Source: an uncultured Gemmatimonadota bacterium
GTDB taxonomy: Bacteria > Gemmatimonadota > CAZMKB01 > CAZNLH01
Direction of reading: 5' to 3'
Length of the DNA stretch: 64,000 nucleotides
Assembly (NCBI GenBank): GCA_964573995.1
Contig: CAZNLH010000001.1
Location: forward strand, 112,810 to 176,809
The translations under genes and the position numbers were made by a program. This document shows, piece after piece, positions 38,577 through 48,161 of this stretch (positions within the stretch are counted from its first letter, which is position 1; each line of letters opens with the position of its first letter). The notes under the pieces were generated by a model. The model saw only the letters and a program-made list of their open reading frames with translations. It was not told the DNA's origin and searched no databases.

Positions 38577-39908
38577 ATGGCAAAGTCGTTGAGATATTAC
38601 CGATTCGCGCACCTTAGCATGTGGATGGTGTTCTTTTTTATCGGTACGCTTCTCGCGTCTGAACCGCCTGATACCATTTGGACGAGATATTATGGCGGGC
38701 AGGAGTTTGGCCAAGAGGACAATGGTTGGTCAATTCAACGGACCAGGGACGGCGGATACGCCGCCTTTGGAAAGACGGAGTCGTTAGGCGCTGGGTTGTC
38801 CGATTTCTGGCTCATCCGGACGGACGGCTACGGGGATACATTGTGGACCCGGACGTATGGGGGGACGGGTTGGGACGACGGATACTCGGCCCGGCAGACC
38901 ACCGACGGCGGCTATATCCTTGCTGGACGGACGACCTCTTTTGGGGCGGGATGGGGCGATGTGTATCTCGTAAAAACGGACGATGTCGGGGATATCGTGT
39001 GGACGAGGACCTTCGGCGGTTCAAGCGACGACTTCGCCTTCTCTGTAAGACAGACCGAAGATGAGGGATACATCCTGGTGGGGGGATCCTCGAACGATGT
39101 CTACCTGGTCAAGACCGATGCGGAGGGAAATGCTATCTGGGAGAAGAGATATGGGGGGGTCCTCTACGATGCAGGCTATTCTGTCGAGCAGGTTCCCGAT
39201 GGAGGCTATATCGTGGGAGGGGAGACCTACCTGGGTTACGGCACCGGGGGCGAGGAATTCTACCTGATCAGGACGGACGCGAACGGAGACACCCTATGGA
39301 CGAGGCACTACGGCGGGCCGGCCGACGACTGGGGACGCTGCGCGAGCTGGACTTCCGACGGAGGTTATGTCTTCGTCGGGAACACGACCTCGTTCGGTTC
39401 GGGTTGGGGTGATATCGGCCTGGTCAAGACGGACGCCTTCGGTGAGCCCCTCTGGATGAGGGTGTATGGAGGTGATACGATCGAGCAAGACAATGGATAT
39501 TGTGTGCGCCAGACGTCGGATGGAGGTTATATCATCGCGGGAAATACATGGTCCAGGGGGTCGGGGGAGGCCGATGTCTACCTGATCCGGGCGAACGACA
39601 GCGGAGATACCCTGTGGACCGAGACCATAGGCGGTGGATTCTGGGATGGGGCGTGGTCGGTGGAGAGGACCCCCGAGGGTGGATATATCGTTGTAGGAAC
39701 TACTGGCTCGTACGGCGATCCATGGGGCGACTTCTACCTCATCAGGATCAGGAGTGATTCTCCGATAGGGAGGTCTCCTTCGAACGGCAGGAGATTTTAC
39801 CATGCAGTCAGTGGGAGTCACCTCAAAGCGTGCCACCGGCGGTATGGAGTCGGGGCGTTGATGGAAACCTTCCTCAGAGAGTCGATTGGCTTTGTCCCTG
39901 CCAGATGA
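38577..39908 (+). CDS. Secreted protein built from seven tandem SBBP-like beta-propeller repeats.
   Basis: Signal peptide present. Seven ~47-aa repeats of the form 'DTLWTRTYGG..DDGYSV.QT.DGGYI.AG.T.SFG.G.GD.YL.KTD..G'. RBS 'aaggaggg'. Confidence 0.7.
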   Translation: MAKSLRYYRFAHLSMWMVFFFIGTLLASEPPDTIWTRYYGGQEFGQEDNGWSIQRTRDGGYAAFGKTESLGAGLSDFWLIRTDGYGDTLWTRTYGGTGWDDGYSARQTTDGGYILAGRTTSFGAGWGDVYLVKTDDVGDIVWTRTFGGSSDDFAFSVRQTEDEGYILVGGSSNDVYLVKTDAEGNAIWEKRYGGVLYDAGYSVEQVPDGGYIVGGETYLGYGTGGEEFYLIRTDANGDTLWTRHYGGPADDWGRCASWTSDGGYVFVGNTTSFGSGWGDIGLVKTDAFGEPLWMRVYGGDTIEQDNGYCVRQTSDGGYIIAGNTWSRGSGEADVYLIRANDSGDTLWTETIGGGFWDGAWSVERTPEGGYIVVGTTGSYGDPWGDFYLIRIRSDSPIGRSPSNGRRFYHAVSGSHLKACHRRYGVGALMETFLRESIGFVPAR

Positions 39909-39958
39909 CTTCACCTCATTGACGAGGGGGCTTAAAAACCTCCTGCGGCCGACCCGGC

Positions 39959-40477
39959 CTACATCAAGGTCAAACTGTATGCGGGTCTGGATCTTACACT
40001 CTTTCTCCAATCGATATCGCCGAAGGTTCGAGGAAATTCGATCAGTTTTTTCAAGTGCTTGTCGATTTCCGCCAGGGCAAATTTCTTCATTTCCTCGGAG
40101 GACCCGAATTGTTTCACGAGGAACTTAAATACGATGTTGAATTCCGAGTTCTCCATCTCGTAGGACAGGCCGTAGGCATCGTTGAGCGTCTTGATGGGGG
40201 GCATCCGTTTTACGGCGGAAATATGGAGGATCCCTTCTATTTTTTTTAGGAAAAGTGGGTCTGCGGGGGCGAGAAGTCGCTCCGGATGGAGGGAGCCTCG
40301 AATGCTTTCCAGTGTTCGAGCGTGATATTGTTCGTCCTTTTCCATTCCCTTCCAGAATTCTGCAACATCGGGCCGATGTGAAAAGAGTTCGGAAAATCTA
40401 TGATAGAGGGCGCACTGGTACCTTTCGATTTGTATCGCGAGTTCGAACACGGCTGCATTGGTGTCCTTATTATCCAC
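39959..40477 (-). CDS. Ferritin-like / rubrerythrin-family four-helix-bundle protein.
   Basis: 'ELAIQIERYQCALYHRFSELF...EKDEQYHARTLESI' has the E..H diiron-type motifs. Confidence 0.45.
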   Translation of the reverse strand: MDNKDTNAAVFELAIQIERYQCALYHRFSELFSHRPDVAEFWKGMEKDEQYHARTLESIRGSLHPERLLAPADPLFLKKIEGILHISAVKRMPPIKTLNDAYGLSYEMENSEFNIVFKFLVKQFGSSEEMKKFALAEIDKHLKKLIEFPRTFGDIDWRKSVRSRPAYSLTLM

Positions 40478-40914
40478 AGCGATCCCCTTTCTCCTGCCGC
40501 GTGAGATTCCTCGTTGCCTTCAACTCCAGATAGAAAATAACGAGGAAGTCGAAAGGCTCCATTCGAGTGACGGTCGAGACAAATAATAGCAACTTTCATG
40601 CCTTCCGAAGTCTGCATCTCCCTGGTATCGCTCATTGCCGAGACGCCTGTAAAAAAAACGAACCGGAAAACCTAAACCACGAAAACCATGGATTCCTCCA
40701 ATGGACCAACCCTGGAGACAATACAATAACCGCTATCTTGTACCAGAACAAAAGACCTACACTCAACCAACAGAATAGGACATTTCTACTTTGGTAAAAA
40801 TAGAACATTTCTAAATTGGCTTGACATCCAAGCACGTTGACCTTGATTTTAATCCAACATCACGTATATTAAAAGATTCTCAAAAATTCAATCACCGAAG
40901 GCAATCTTACACCC

Positions 40915-41625
40915 TTGACTCCGATAAGGGACAATTTTAACCGCGTACGCGAGCGCATAGACCTCGCTCTCAGGAGGAGCGGCAGGGAAGGGGAGGAGGT
41001 CCTGGTTGTCGCCGTTACAAAAAATGTTGGCATAGAGGACATCGAGGAGGCAGTTGCCGCGGGGCTCCGTACTTTCGGTGAAAACCGGGTTCAGGAGGCA
41101 GGGCCCAAGGTCCGGCACTTCGAAGGGAGAGGGCTTGACTGGCACATGATAGGGCACCTGCAGCGGAACAAGGTAAAGACCGCACTCCCCCTCTTCTCGA
41201 TGATCCATTCGCTGGATTCCATGGCACTGGCGAGGGAAATATCAAAACGAGCTGAGGGAGGGGGAAGGGAAGTGGACCTCCTGCTGCAGGTCAACACGTC
41301 GGGTGAAGAGACGAAATATGGTATCGCGCCCTCGAAAATGGAAGATATCCTCGGACAGGTAGAGGAACTACCCAATATCAAGATAAGGGGCCTGATGACC
41401 ATTGGACCCTTCACCGATGAGGAGGGACCAGTTCGGGAGTCGTTCAGGGCACTTTACCGCCTCTTTGTCAAGGCACGGGAGATGCGACTGGGAAACACGG
41501 ACATGCGCTTCCTCTCCATGGGAATGTCGGGAGACTACGAGATCGCCGTAGAGGAAGGATCCAACATGGTACGCCTCGGAACCGCCCTGTTCGGTCCGAG
41601 GGAGAAGGGGGGAGGGCCAAAGTGA
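40915..41625 (+). CDS. yggS: YggS-family pyridoxal-phosphate homeostasis protein.
   Basis: 'LVVAVTKNVGIEDIEEAVAAGLRTFGENRVQE...WHMIGHLQRNK' matches YggS. TTG start, no in-frame ATG. Confidence 0.85.
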   Translation: MTPIRDNFNRVRERIDLALRRSGREGEEVLVVAVTKNVGIEDIEEAVAAGLRTFGENRVQEAGPKVRHFEGRGLDWHMIGHLQRNKVKTALPLFSMIHSLDSMALAREISKRAEGGGREVDLLLQVNTSGEETKYGIAPSKMEDILGQVEELPNIKIRGLMTIGPFTDEEGPVRESFRALYRLFVKAREMRLGNTDMRFLSMGMSGDYEIAVEEGSNMVRLGTALFGPREKGGGPK

Positions 41626-42287
41626 AGATCACACCGCTCGATCTGCGAAACCAGGAATTCAGCCGTACATTTCGGGGATATGACACAGAAGAAGTAAAGG
41701 TCTTCCTGGAACTGGTGTCGGATGAGATGGAATACCTGATCAGGGAAAACAACGGCCTGACGGACAGGTTGAGGGGCCTCGATGAAAAGATCAATGATTA
41801 CCGCAACATGGAAAAGACCTTGAATGCAACGCTGATGGCCGCCCAGGAGAACGCCGAAAGTTACTTCGAAAACGCAAAGAAGGAGGCAGATCTGATCCTG
41901 GAGAATGCAAGGGTGGAGTCCAAACGCATCATGGAAGAGGCTCGATGTGAAGTCGTCACCCTCAAGGAAGAGATATCCCGGTTGCAGAAAGCGCGACGGC
42001 ACCTGATAAAAAACTTCAAGGCATTTCTCACGGATCAACTTGAACTCTTGGCAGGTCAGGAAGATATGCCTCCTGATAGTTTGATGGGAGATGAGGCCGA
42101 GGGGCCAGTTGAATCAGACGACGCGTTGCCCGCGCCTGGCAACGAGGGCACGTTCCGTCCGACTTTTTCCTTCGACGATGATAGTCCCGATGAGGAAGAG
42201 GGTGAGGATGAGCATGAGAGTGAGAGGCGGGGAGATGAAGATAGGGAGAAGGAGGACGCAGCAACCGGAGAACAACAACGAGGATGA
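41622..42287 (+). CDS. DivIVA-domain protein with an acidic C-terminal tail.
   Basis: 'MKITPLDLRNQEFSRTFRGYDTEEVKVFLELV' is a DivIVA N-terminal motif. Coiled coil follows. GTG start overlaps the yggS stop (GTGA). Confidence 0.85.
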   Translation: MKITPLDLRNQEFSRTFRGYDTEEVKVFLELVSDEMEYLIRENNGLTDRLRGLDEKINDYRNMEKTLNATLMAAQENAESYFENAKKEADLILENARVESKRIMEEARCEVVTLKEEISRLQKARRHLIKNFKAFLTDQLELLAGQEDMPPDSLMGDEAEGPVESDDALPAPGNEGTFRPTFSFDDDSPDEEEGEDEHESERRGDEDREKEDAATGEQQRG

Positions 42288-42291
42288 GGGC

Positions 42292-43110
42292 ATGGAACTA
42301 CGCCGACAGGTAGACGAAGCCGTGGACTTCCTCAGGGGGGAGACGGATATCTCGCCGAGGGTGGGGCTAATCCTGGGGACCGGCCTCGGGGGATTGGCGG
42401 AGGAGATCGACGTCAGCAAGGGCGTTCCTTACGGTAAGATTCCGCATTTCCCGGCCTCGACGGTGGAGACTCACGCGGGAGAACTCCTCTTTGGAACGCT
42501 CTGTAAGCGGTCGGTAGTGGCCATGAGGGGCCGCTTTCATTATTATGAGGGTCACAGCATGGCGGAGATCACGCTCCCGGTAAGGGTAATGAAGTTCCTC
42601 GGAATAAAGACCCTTCTGATTTCCAACGCTGCTGGCGGGATGAACCCGTTCTTGAGGCACGGAGACCTGATGGTCATCGATGATCACATCAACCTCATCG
42701 GTACCAATCCCCTTATCGGCGTAGACGATGAACGACTCGGCCCTCGTTTCCCGGACATGAGCGAACCCTATAGTTCCGACCTGATAAAACTGGCTGAAGG
42801 TATCGCCCTGGAAGAACAGATTCCACTAAAGAAGGGGACCTACGTAGCGGTCTCTGGACCCAACCTCGAGACGAAGGCGGAGTACCGGTTCCTTAGAGGG
42901 ATCGGAGCCGACGCCGTCGGTATGTCAACGGTCCCCGAGGTCATTGTGGCCGCCCAATCGGGCCTCAAAGTCTTTGCTGTATCCGTGATAACGGACCGGT
43001 GCCTACCAGATGCCTTGGAGCCGGTCAATATCAAGGCCATTATCAAGACCGCCCGCAAGGCCGAACCCAACCTGACAAGGTTGATGAAGAGGATAGTAGA
43101 GCGCCTTTAG
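42292..43110 (+). CDS. punA: Purine nucleoside phosphorylase (PNP/MTAP family I).
   Basis: 'GLILGTGLGGLAEEI...FGTLCKRSVVAMRGRFHYYEGHSMAEITLPVRVMKFLG...LISNAAGG'. Confidence 0.88.
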   Translation: MELRRQVDEAVDFLRGETDISPRVGLILGTGLGGLAEEIDVSKGVPYGKIPHFPASTVETHAGELLFGTLCKRSVVAMRGRFHYYEGHSMAEITLPVRVMKFLGIKTLLISNAAGGMNPFLRHGDLMVIDDHINLIGTNPLIGVDDERLGPRFPDMSEPYSSDLIKLAEGIALEEQIPLKKGTYVAVSGPNLETKAEYRFLRGIGADAVGMSTVPEVIVAAQSGLKVFAVSVITDRCLPDALEPVNIKAIIKTARKAEPNLTRLMKRIVERL

Positions 43111-43166
43111 GAGGTTCATTACCGAAAGATGCCATTTCATAGTAGAAATACGAATATACGGTCAAG

Positions 43167-45977
43167 ATGAATTACGGAAAGACATTGAATCTACCCAAGA
43201 CAAGGTTCCCCATGAAGGCGAGACTCGTGGAGAACGAGCCCTCTATACTGAAGAGATGGGGAGAGATGGACGCCTATGGCAGACTTCGCGAGAGACGCCA
43301 TGGGAGCGAAAAATTCATCCTTCATGACGGCCCGCCTTATTCCAACGGGCATATCCACCTGGGACATGCCCTCAATAAGGTCGCCAAAGACCTCATCGTC
43401 CGTTCCCGTTCCATGATGGGATATGACGCCCCCTACCTCCCCGGATGGGACAATCACGGGATGCCTATCGAGATGAACATCCTCAAGGAACTCAACACGG
43501 ACAGGAGGGAGATAGATCCACTGGTCCTCCGAAAAAAGTGTCGTGCATATGCAGGGCGTTTTGTCGCCATCCAGCGCGAGGAGTTTGTAAGGTTGGGGAT
43601 ATGGGGAGAGTGGGACCACCCGTACCTGACGATGGATCCCGCCTACGAGAAGATCGTCCTGAGGACATTCGGGGAAATGGTGGATAAGGGCTATATCTAC
43701 CGCGGGAAAAGGCCCATACATTGGTGCGCCCGGTGCGAGACCGCCCTGGCGGAATCGGAGATCGAATACATGGAGAAGGAATCGACCTCCATCCTGGTAC
43801 GCTTCCCGTTGCTCATGGACCCGGAGGGGGTGTTCCCCCGCGGCGTGCGCTCTTTCGTGCTTATCTGGACTACAACCCCGTGGACCATTCCCGCGAACAT
43901 GGCTGTAGTCGTGCACCCGAAGATCGATTATGCCGTGATAGAGACGGATCAAGGGGCCTACCTGCTCGCAGAGCGCCTCGCTCCGGTCGTCATGGAATCA
44001 ATGGGAATCGAGGAATACAAGGTCCTGAACCGGTTGAGAGGAGAGGAACTCAAGGGGCTGGTCTTCTCTCATCCACTATTCGACCGCGAGTCGCCACTGT
44101 ACATGGCCGATCACGTCAACCTGGAAGAGGGAACGGGGGTGGTCCATACCGCTCCCGGGCACGGGATGGAAGATTTCCTGGTAGGGAAGAAGGAGGGGTT
44201 GAAGATACTTTGTCCCGTAAACGAGAGGGGGATCTTCACTTCGGATGGGGGGAAGTACGAGGGGAAGGGGGTCGATGAGGTAAACATCGAGGTCCTTGAC
44301 GACCTGAAAGAGGCGGGCGCCTTGCTGCGTCGTGAGACGATCCGCCATTCCTATCCACACTGCTGGAGGTGCAAGAGCGCCCTCCTGTTTCGCGCAACCA
44401 CTCAATGGTTTTTTTCCATTGATCACGGGGGATTGCGGGAGATGGCGATGGATGCTATCGATCATGTGAAATGGGCACCAGAGTCGAGTAAGAACAGGAT
44501 CCAGGGAATGATACGCAACCGCCCCGACTGGTGTCTCTCCAGGCAGAGGGAGTGGGGGGTCGGAATCCCGATCCTCATCTGCAACGATTGTAATGAGCCC
44601 TTGCTAAAAAAGGAAGTGGTGGACCTCGTAGCGGAGAAGGTAGGCGAAATGGGATCGGATTGCTGGTTCACGCTGGATGCGGAGGATTTTCTGCCTGGTG
44701 ATCTCCGCTGCCCCGCGTGCGGGGGGTGCGACTTCCGGAAGGAGACCGATATACTCGACGTCTGGTTCGAATCGGGAAGTTCCCACCTGGCGGTCCTCGA
44801 GGGAAATGAGCGCCTTCAATGGCCGGCCGACATCTACCTTGAAGGCACCGATCAGCACCGTGGCTGGTTCAACACCTCGCTGATCATCTCCATGGTAGCC
44901 AAGGGGGCCCCGCCATACCGCCGGGTCCTGACGAACGGGTGGACACTCGACGCCGAGGGCAAGGCCATGCACAAACTCGAAGGCAACGTGGTCTCTCCGC
45001 TGGAGATTATCGAGAAACGCGGTGCCGACATACTGAGACTATGGGTATGTTCCAACGATTTCAAGAGCGATATCAGGTTCTCGGACAGCGCCCTGGACCA
45101 GGTAACCGAGATCTACCGGAAGATAAGGAATACCTGCCGATTCCTCCTGGGGAACCTCTACGATTACGATCCAGATGTGAACAGGGTAGCCTATGGTGAT
45201 CTGCTTGAGATCGATCAGTACGCCCTCCACCTCCTGGAGGCCTTCAAGGGGAAGGTATGCCTTGCCTACGAGAACATGGAATTCCACTCGGCTTACCACA
45301 CTATCAACGAGTTCTGCACGAATATATCCTCCTTTTACTTCGATGTTCTTAAAGACCGGTTATACACGTTCTCTGCAGATTCACCTGGACGTCGATCGGC
45401 TCAAACGGTCCTGCACGAGATCATTCAGACACTGGTGAGGGTCACGGCCCCGATACTTCCATTCACGAGCGAGGAGGTCTGGGGCTACCTTTGCGCCGAC
45501 GACGGGGAATCGATCCATTTCCAATTGTTCAAGGACCCTGATGAAGCGCACTTGAGGCCGGATCTCGAAGAGAAATGGAAGACACTGTTGATCCTCCGCG
45601 GAGAGGTACAGAAGGGCCTGGAAGCCGCGAGGAAGAACGGGGACATAGGTTCATCCCTGGAAGCGGCCGTGGAATTGATCGCCTCGCGGGAAGACCTCCA
45701 GGCATTGATCGAAGATTACCAGAGAGATCTACCTTCCCTGTTCATCGTCTCCCAGGTCCACGTAAGGGAAGGGGAAGGGGGAGAAGAAGGAGGGGAGTGG
45801 TCGGTTTCTTCCGAACTTCCCCTTCGGGTCCTGATCCGAAGGGCGGACGGGGTGAAGTGTGTCCGCTGCTGGAACTATTCGGTAGATGTGGGAAATTCAT
45901 CCGAGCACCCGGATTTGTGCGGCCGGTGTGTTGGAATGCTTGCACAGGAGATGAGATATGACAAAGAAAAAAGGTGA
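43167..45977 (+). CDS. ileS: Isoleucine--tRNA ligase.
   Basis: 'PYSNGHIHLGHALNKV' (HIGH), 'KMSKS'-region context, editing domain, and a C-terminal Zn finger 'CVRCWNY...CGRC'. Confidence 0.95.
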   Translation: MNYGKTLNLPKTRFPMKARLVENEPSILKRWGEMDAYGRLRERRHGSEKFILHDGPPYSNGHIHLGHALNKVAKDLIVRSRSMMGYDAPYLPGWDNHGMPIEMNILKELNTDRREIDPLVLRKKCRAYAGRFVAIQREEFVRLGIWGEWDHPYLTMDPAYEKIVLRTFGEMVDKGYIYRGKRPIHWCARCETALAESEIEYMEKESTSILVRFPLLMDPEGVFPRGVRSFVLIWTTTPWTIPANMAVVVHPKIDYAVIETDQGAYLLAERLAPVVMESMGIEEYKVLNRLRGEELKGLVFSHPLFDRESPLYMADHVNLEEGTGVVHTAPGHGMEDFLVGKKEGLKILCPVNERGIFTSDGGKYEGKGVDEVNIEVLDDLKEAGALLRRETIRHSYPHCWRCKSALLFRATTQWFFSIDHGGLREMAMDAIDHVKWAPESSKNRIQGMIRNRPDWCLSRQREWGVGIPILICNDCNEPLLKKEVVDLVAEKVGEMGSDCWFTLDAEDFLPGDLRCPACGGCDFRKETDILDVWFESGSSHLAVLEGNERLQWPADIYLEGTDQHRGWFNTSLIISMVAKGAPPYRRVLTNGWTLDAEGKAMHKLEGNVVSPLEIIEKRGADILRLWVCSNDFKSDIRFSDSALDQVTEIYRKIRNTCRFLLGNLYDYDPDVNRVAYGDLLEIDQYALHLLEAFKGKVCLAYENMEFHSAYHTINEFCTNISSFYFDVLKDRLYTFSADSPGRRSAQTVLHEIIQTLVRVTAPILPFTSEEVWGYLCADDGESIHFQLFKDPDEAHLRPDLEEKWKTLLILRGEVQKGLEAARKNGDIGSSLEAAVELIASREDLQALIEDYQRDLPSLFIVSQVHVREGEGGEEGGEWSVSSELPLRVLIRRADGVKCVRCWNYSVDVGNSSEHPDLCGRCVGMLAQEMRYDKEKR

Positions 45978-46392
45978 CGACGGCAAGAAAGAAAGAAGGA
46001 AAAAGGGTGCATCCTGGTCGGAAGAGGACCTGAAGTTCTTTGAGAAGCGGCTCATGGAAGAGAGGGAAAAAGCGGTCATGGGATTGGGGCAATACGGCAG
46101 GAACCTGTCGAACACTCAAAGAGATTCCTCGGGCGATCTGTCTTCCTATGCCTTCCACATGGCCGACCTCGGGACCGATGCAATGGAGAGAGAGAAGGCA
46201 TTTCTTTTTGCCTCGCAGGAAGGAAGGCTCCTGTACCATATTGACGAGGCCTTGAGGCGCCTGTACAAGGGAGACCGTTACGGTCTCTGCGAGTATTGCA
46301 ACAATAAAATCGATCGTCGGCGCCTTACCATAATTCCCCATGCGCGGCTATGCATCGCCTGCAAGGAAAAGGAGGAAAAATCCAATCGGTGA
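45958..46392 (+). CDS. DksA/TraR-family C4-type zinc-finger protein.
   Basis: 'CEYCNNKIDRRRLTIIPHARLCIACKEKEE' is the TraR/DksA C4 zinc finger. A coiled-coil N-region precedes it. The start overlaps the ileS 3' end by 20 nt. Confidence 0.8.
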   Translation: MTKKKGDDGKKERRKKGASWSEEDLKFFEKRLMEEREKAVMGLGQYGRNLSNTQRDSSGDLSSYAFHMADLGTDAMEREKAFLFASQEGRLLYHIDEALRRLYKGDRYGLCEYCNNKIDRRRLTIIPHARLCIACKEKEEKSNR

Positions 46393-46396
46393 TCAT

Positions 46397-46918
46397 TTGA
46401 GCGTCTTCGGTGACCATCACCGGCAAAGAGATTTTCAAGTGTTCATTCTGGTGTCCACGATATCGGCCTTCTTTGACCAGGTAAGCAAGGGCTTGGCGGT
46501 CATCTTCCTCCCAGGCTCCGGGTCGGTACACGTATTGAGAGAATACTTCCAGTTCACCCTGATTCGTAACCGCGGAGCGGCATTCGGTATCTCCCTGGGC
46601 CCGAATTCCGATCTCCTCCTCCTCTTTATCTCCATCGCCGCGATACTTCTTATCGTCTACTATTATTTTAGGACGGCGCCAGACAAGATGTGGCAGCATC
46701 TCTCTTTCGGAATGATAACGGGCGGTGCGATAGGCAATCTAATCGACAGGATCGCCAAGGGAGAAGTGGTGGACTTCATCGATTGCGGGATTGGCGGATT
46801 GAGATGGCCCATATTCAACGTCGCGGACATCGCCGTGACCGCTGGGGCCCTTCTCTTCCTGTTTTACTCCCTTGGACACGCCGAACAGGGCCGTTCCAAC
46901 CTGCCTTCACCCGATTGA
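46397..46918 (+). CDS. lspA: Lipoprotein signal peptidase (signal peptidase II).
   Basis: 'LIRNRGAAFGISLG' and 'FNVADIAVTAGALLFL' are LspA catalytic-region motifs. Start is uncertain: TTG at 46397 is 5 nt after the dksA-like stop, and the track ORF begins at 46340. Confidence 0.85.
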   Translation: MSVFGDHHRQRDFQVFILVSTISAFFDQVSKGLAVIFLPGSGSVHVLREYFQFTLIRNRGAAFGISLGPNSDLLLLFISIAAILLIVYYYFRTAPDKMWQHLSFGMITGGAIGNLIDRIAKGEVVDFIDCGIGGLRWPIFNVADIAVTAGALLFLFYSLGHAEQGRSNLPSPD

Positions 46919-46946
46919 TACGCCTCTTCTGACAGGGGCCCTTCTC

Positions 46947-47933
46947 GTGGTCAATCAATCACGCAAAGAAACGATCATTGTCCCTTCAGGAGAATCAAGA
47001 AGGATAGATGTATACCTCGCCGAGCGATTATCGGTCTCTCGTTCGAGGATCCAGAAGGCGATAAGGGCCTACCACGTAACAGTAAACAGCAATGAGACGA
47101 GGTCGAATTACACTCTAAGCCCCGGCGACGTCATCGAGTTCGACATCCCGCAGCCGCCTCCCATATCACAATCGGTGATAGCGCAGGAAATCCCTTTATC
47201 GATCCGTTACGAGGATGAATATCTCCTGGTCGTAGACAAGCCGTCCGGAATGGTTGTACATCCTGCGCCAGGTACACCCGATGGTACGCTCGTCAATGCA
47301 CTCTTATTCCGTTTTAGGGACCTTCCATTTCGTCCCGATGACCCAAGGCCGGGTATTGTCCATCGCTTGGACAAGGATACATCCGGGCTCATCCTGGTGG
47401 CGAAGACAGAAGACGTCAAGGAAAAATTATCAGTCGCGATCATTGAGCGCAGGGTCAGGCGGACTTACCATGCCATTGTATTCGGACACCTCAAGCAACG
47501 TGAAGCGCTCATCGATATCCCCATCGGCAGGCATCCAACCGATAGGAGGAGGATGTCTACACTGAGCACACATCCGCGCAGCGCCCGGACCAGGTACCGC
47601 CTCCTGGAGAGTTTTGACGTGTGCGAACTACTGGAGGTCAACCTCTTGACCGGAAGGACCCACCAGATACGGGTCCATTTTTCGTCGATAGGGCACCCGC
47701 TGGTAGGCGACAGCCTCTATAGGGGGGGGAGAGGTTGCGAGCGCGGGTTTTCCGGGGAACAACGGGAAAAGGCACGACTTCTCCTCTCCATGATGGGGCG
47801 GCAGGCCCTACACGCCTGCCGACTTCAGTTCCGGCACCCAATCAGCGGGGAACCCGTAACCGTTGAATCAGATCCACCGCCCGATTTTCAGGACTTGTTG
47901 AATTACCTGCGGGAGAGCGCGCGCGAGGCATGA
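46947..47933 (+). CDS. rluD: RluA-family 23S rRNA pseudouridine synthase (RluD-like, S4 domain plus catalytic domain).
   Basis: S4: 'RIDVYLAERLSVSRSRIQKAI'. Catalytic: 'HRLDKDTSGLILVAKT'. GTG start chosen at 46947; the track ORF extends to 46872. Confidence 0.85.
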   Translation: MVNQSRKETIIVPSGESRRIDVYLAERLSVSRSRIQKAIRAYHVTVNSNETRSNYTLSPGDVIEFDIPQPPPISQSVIAQEIPLSIRYEDEYLLVVDKPSGMVVHPAPGTPDGTLVNALLFRFRDLPFRPDDPRPGIVHRLDKDTSGLILVAKTEDVKEKLSVAIIERRVRRTYHAIVFGHLKQREALIDIPIGRHPTDRRRMSTLSTHPRSARTRYRLLESFDVCELLEVNLLTGRTHQIRVHFSSIGHPLVGDSLYRGGRGCERGFSGEQREKARLLLSMMGRQALHACRLQFRHPISGEPVTVESDPPPDFQDLLNYLRESAREA

Positions 47934-48161
47934 GTGTCATCCTTCTCTTGATCCTGGGATAGTGGAATCAGGAAGAGCAACGAGTAGACCTTAATGTAGT
48001 GTGTTATGATTGAGTTATATCGATATGGTATATATTAAGTTTAATGATTCATGGTGAATTAATAAGTTAACATAATATATCTTATACGACATTATGATTT
48101 GACATTTGGAAGTGTCTCTCGCCCGAGGAAAAACCTAACGTGGAGTCTGGCGACGAGGCAC

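Noticed and set aside
39909-39958. GGCCG-ac-CCGGCC hairpin between the convergent propeller and ferritin-like genes as a terminator
   Set aside because: The loop is too short (2-3 nt) and there is no U-tract. This is probably not a functional intrinsic terminator.
43191-43952. 253-aa minus-strand ORF inside ileS
   Set aside because: ileS is unambiguous on the plus strand. The antisense frame is a GC artefact.
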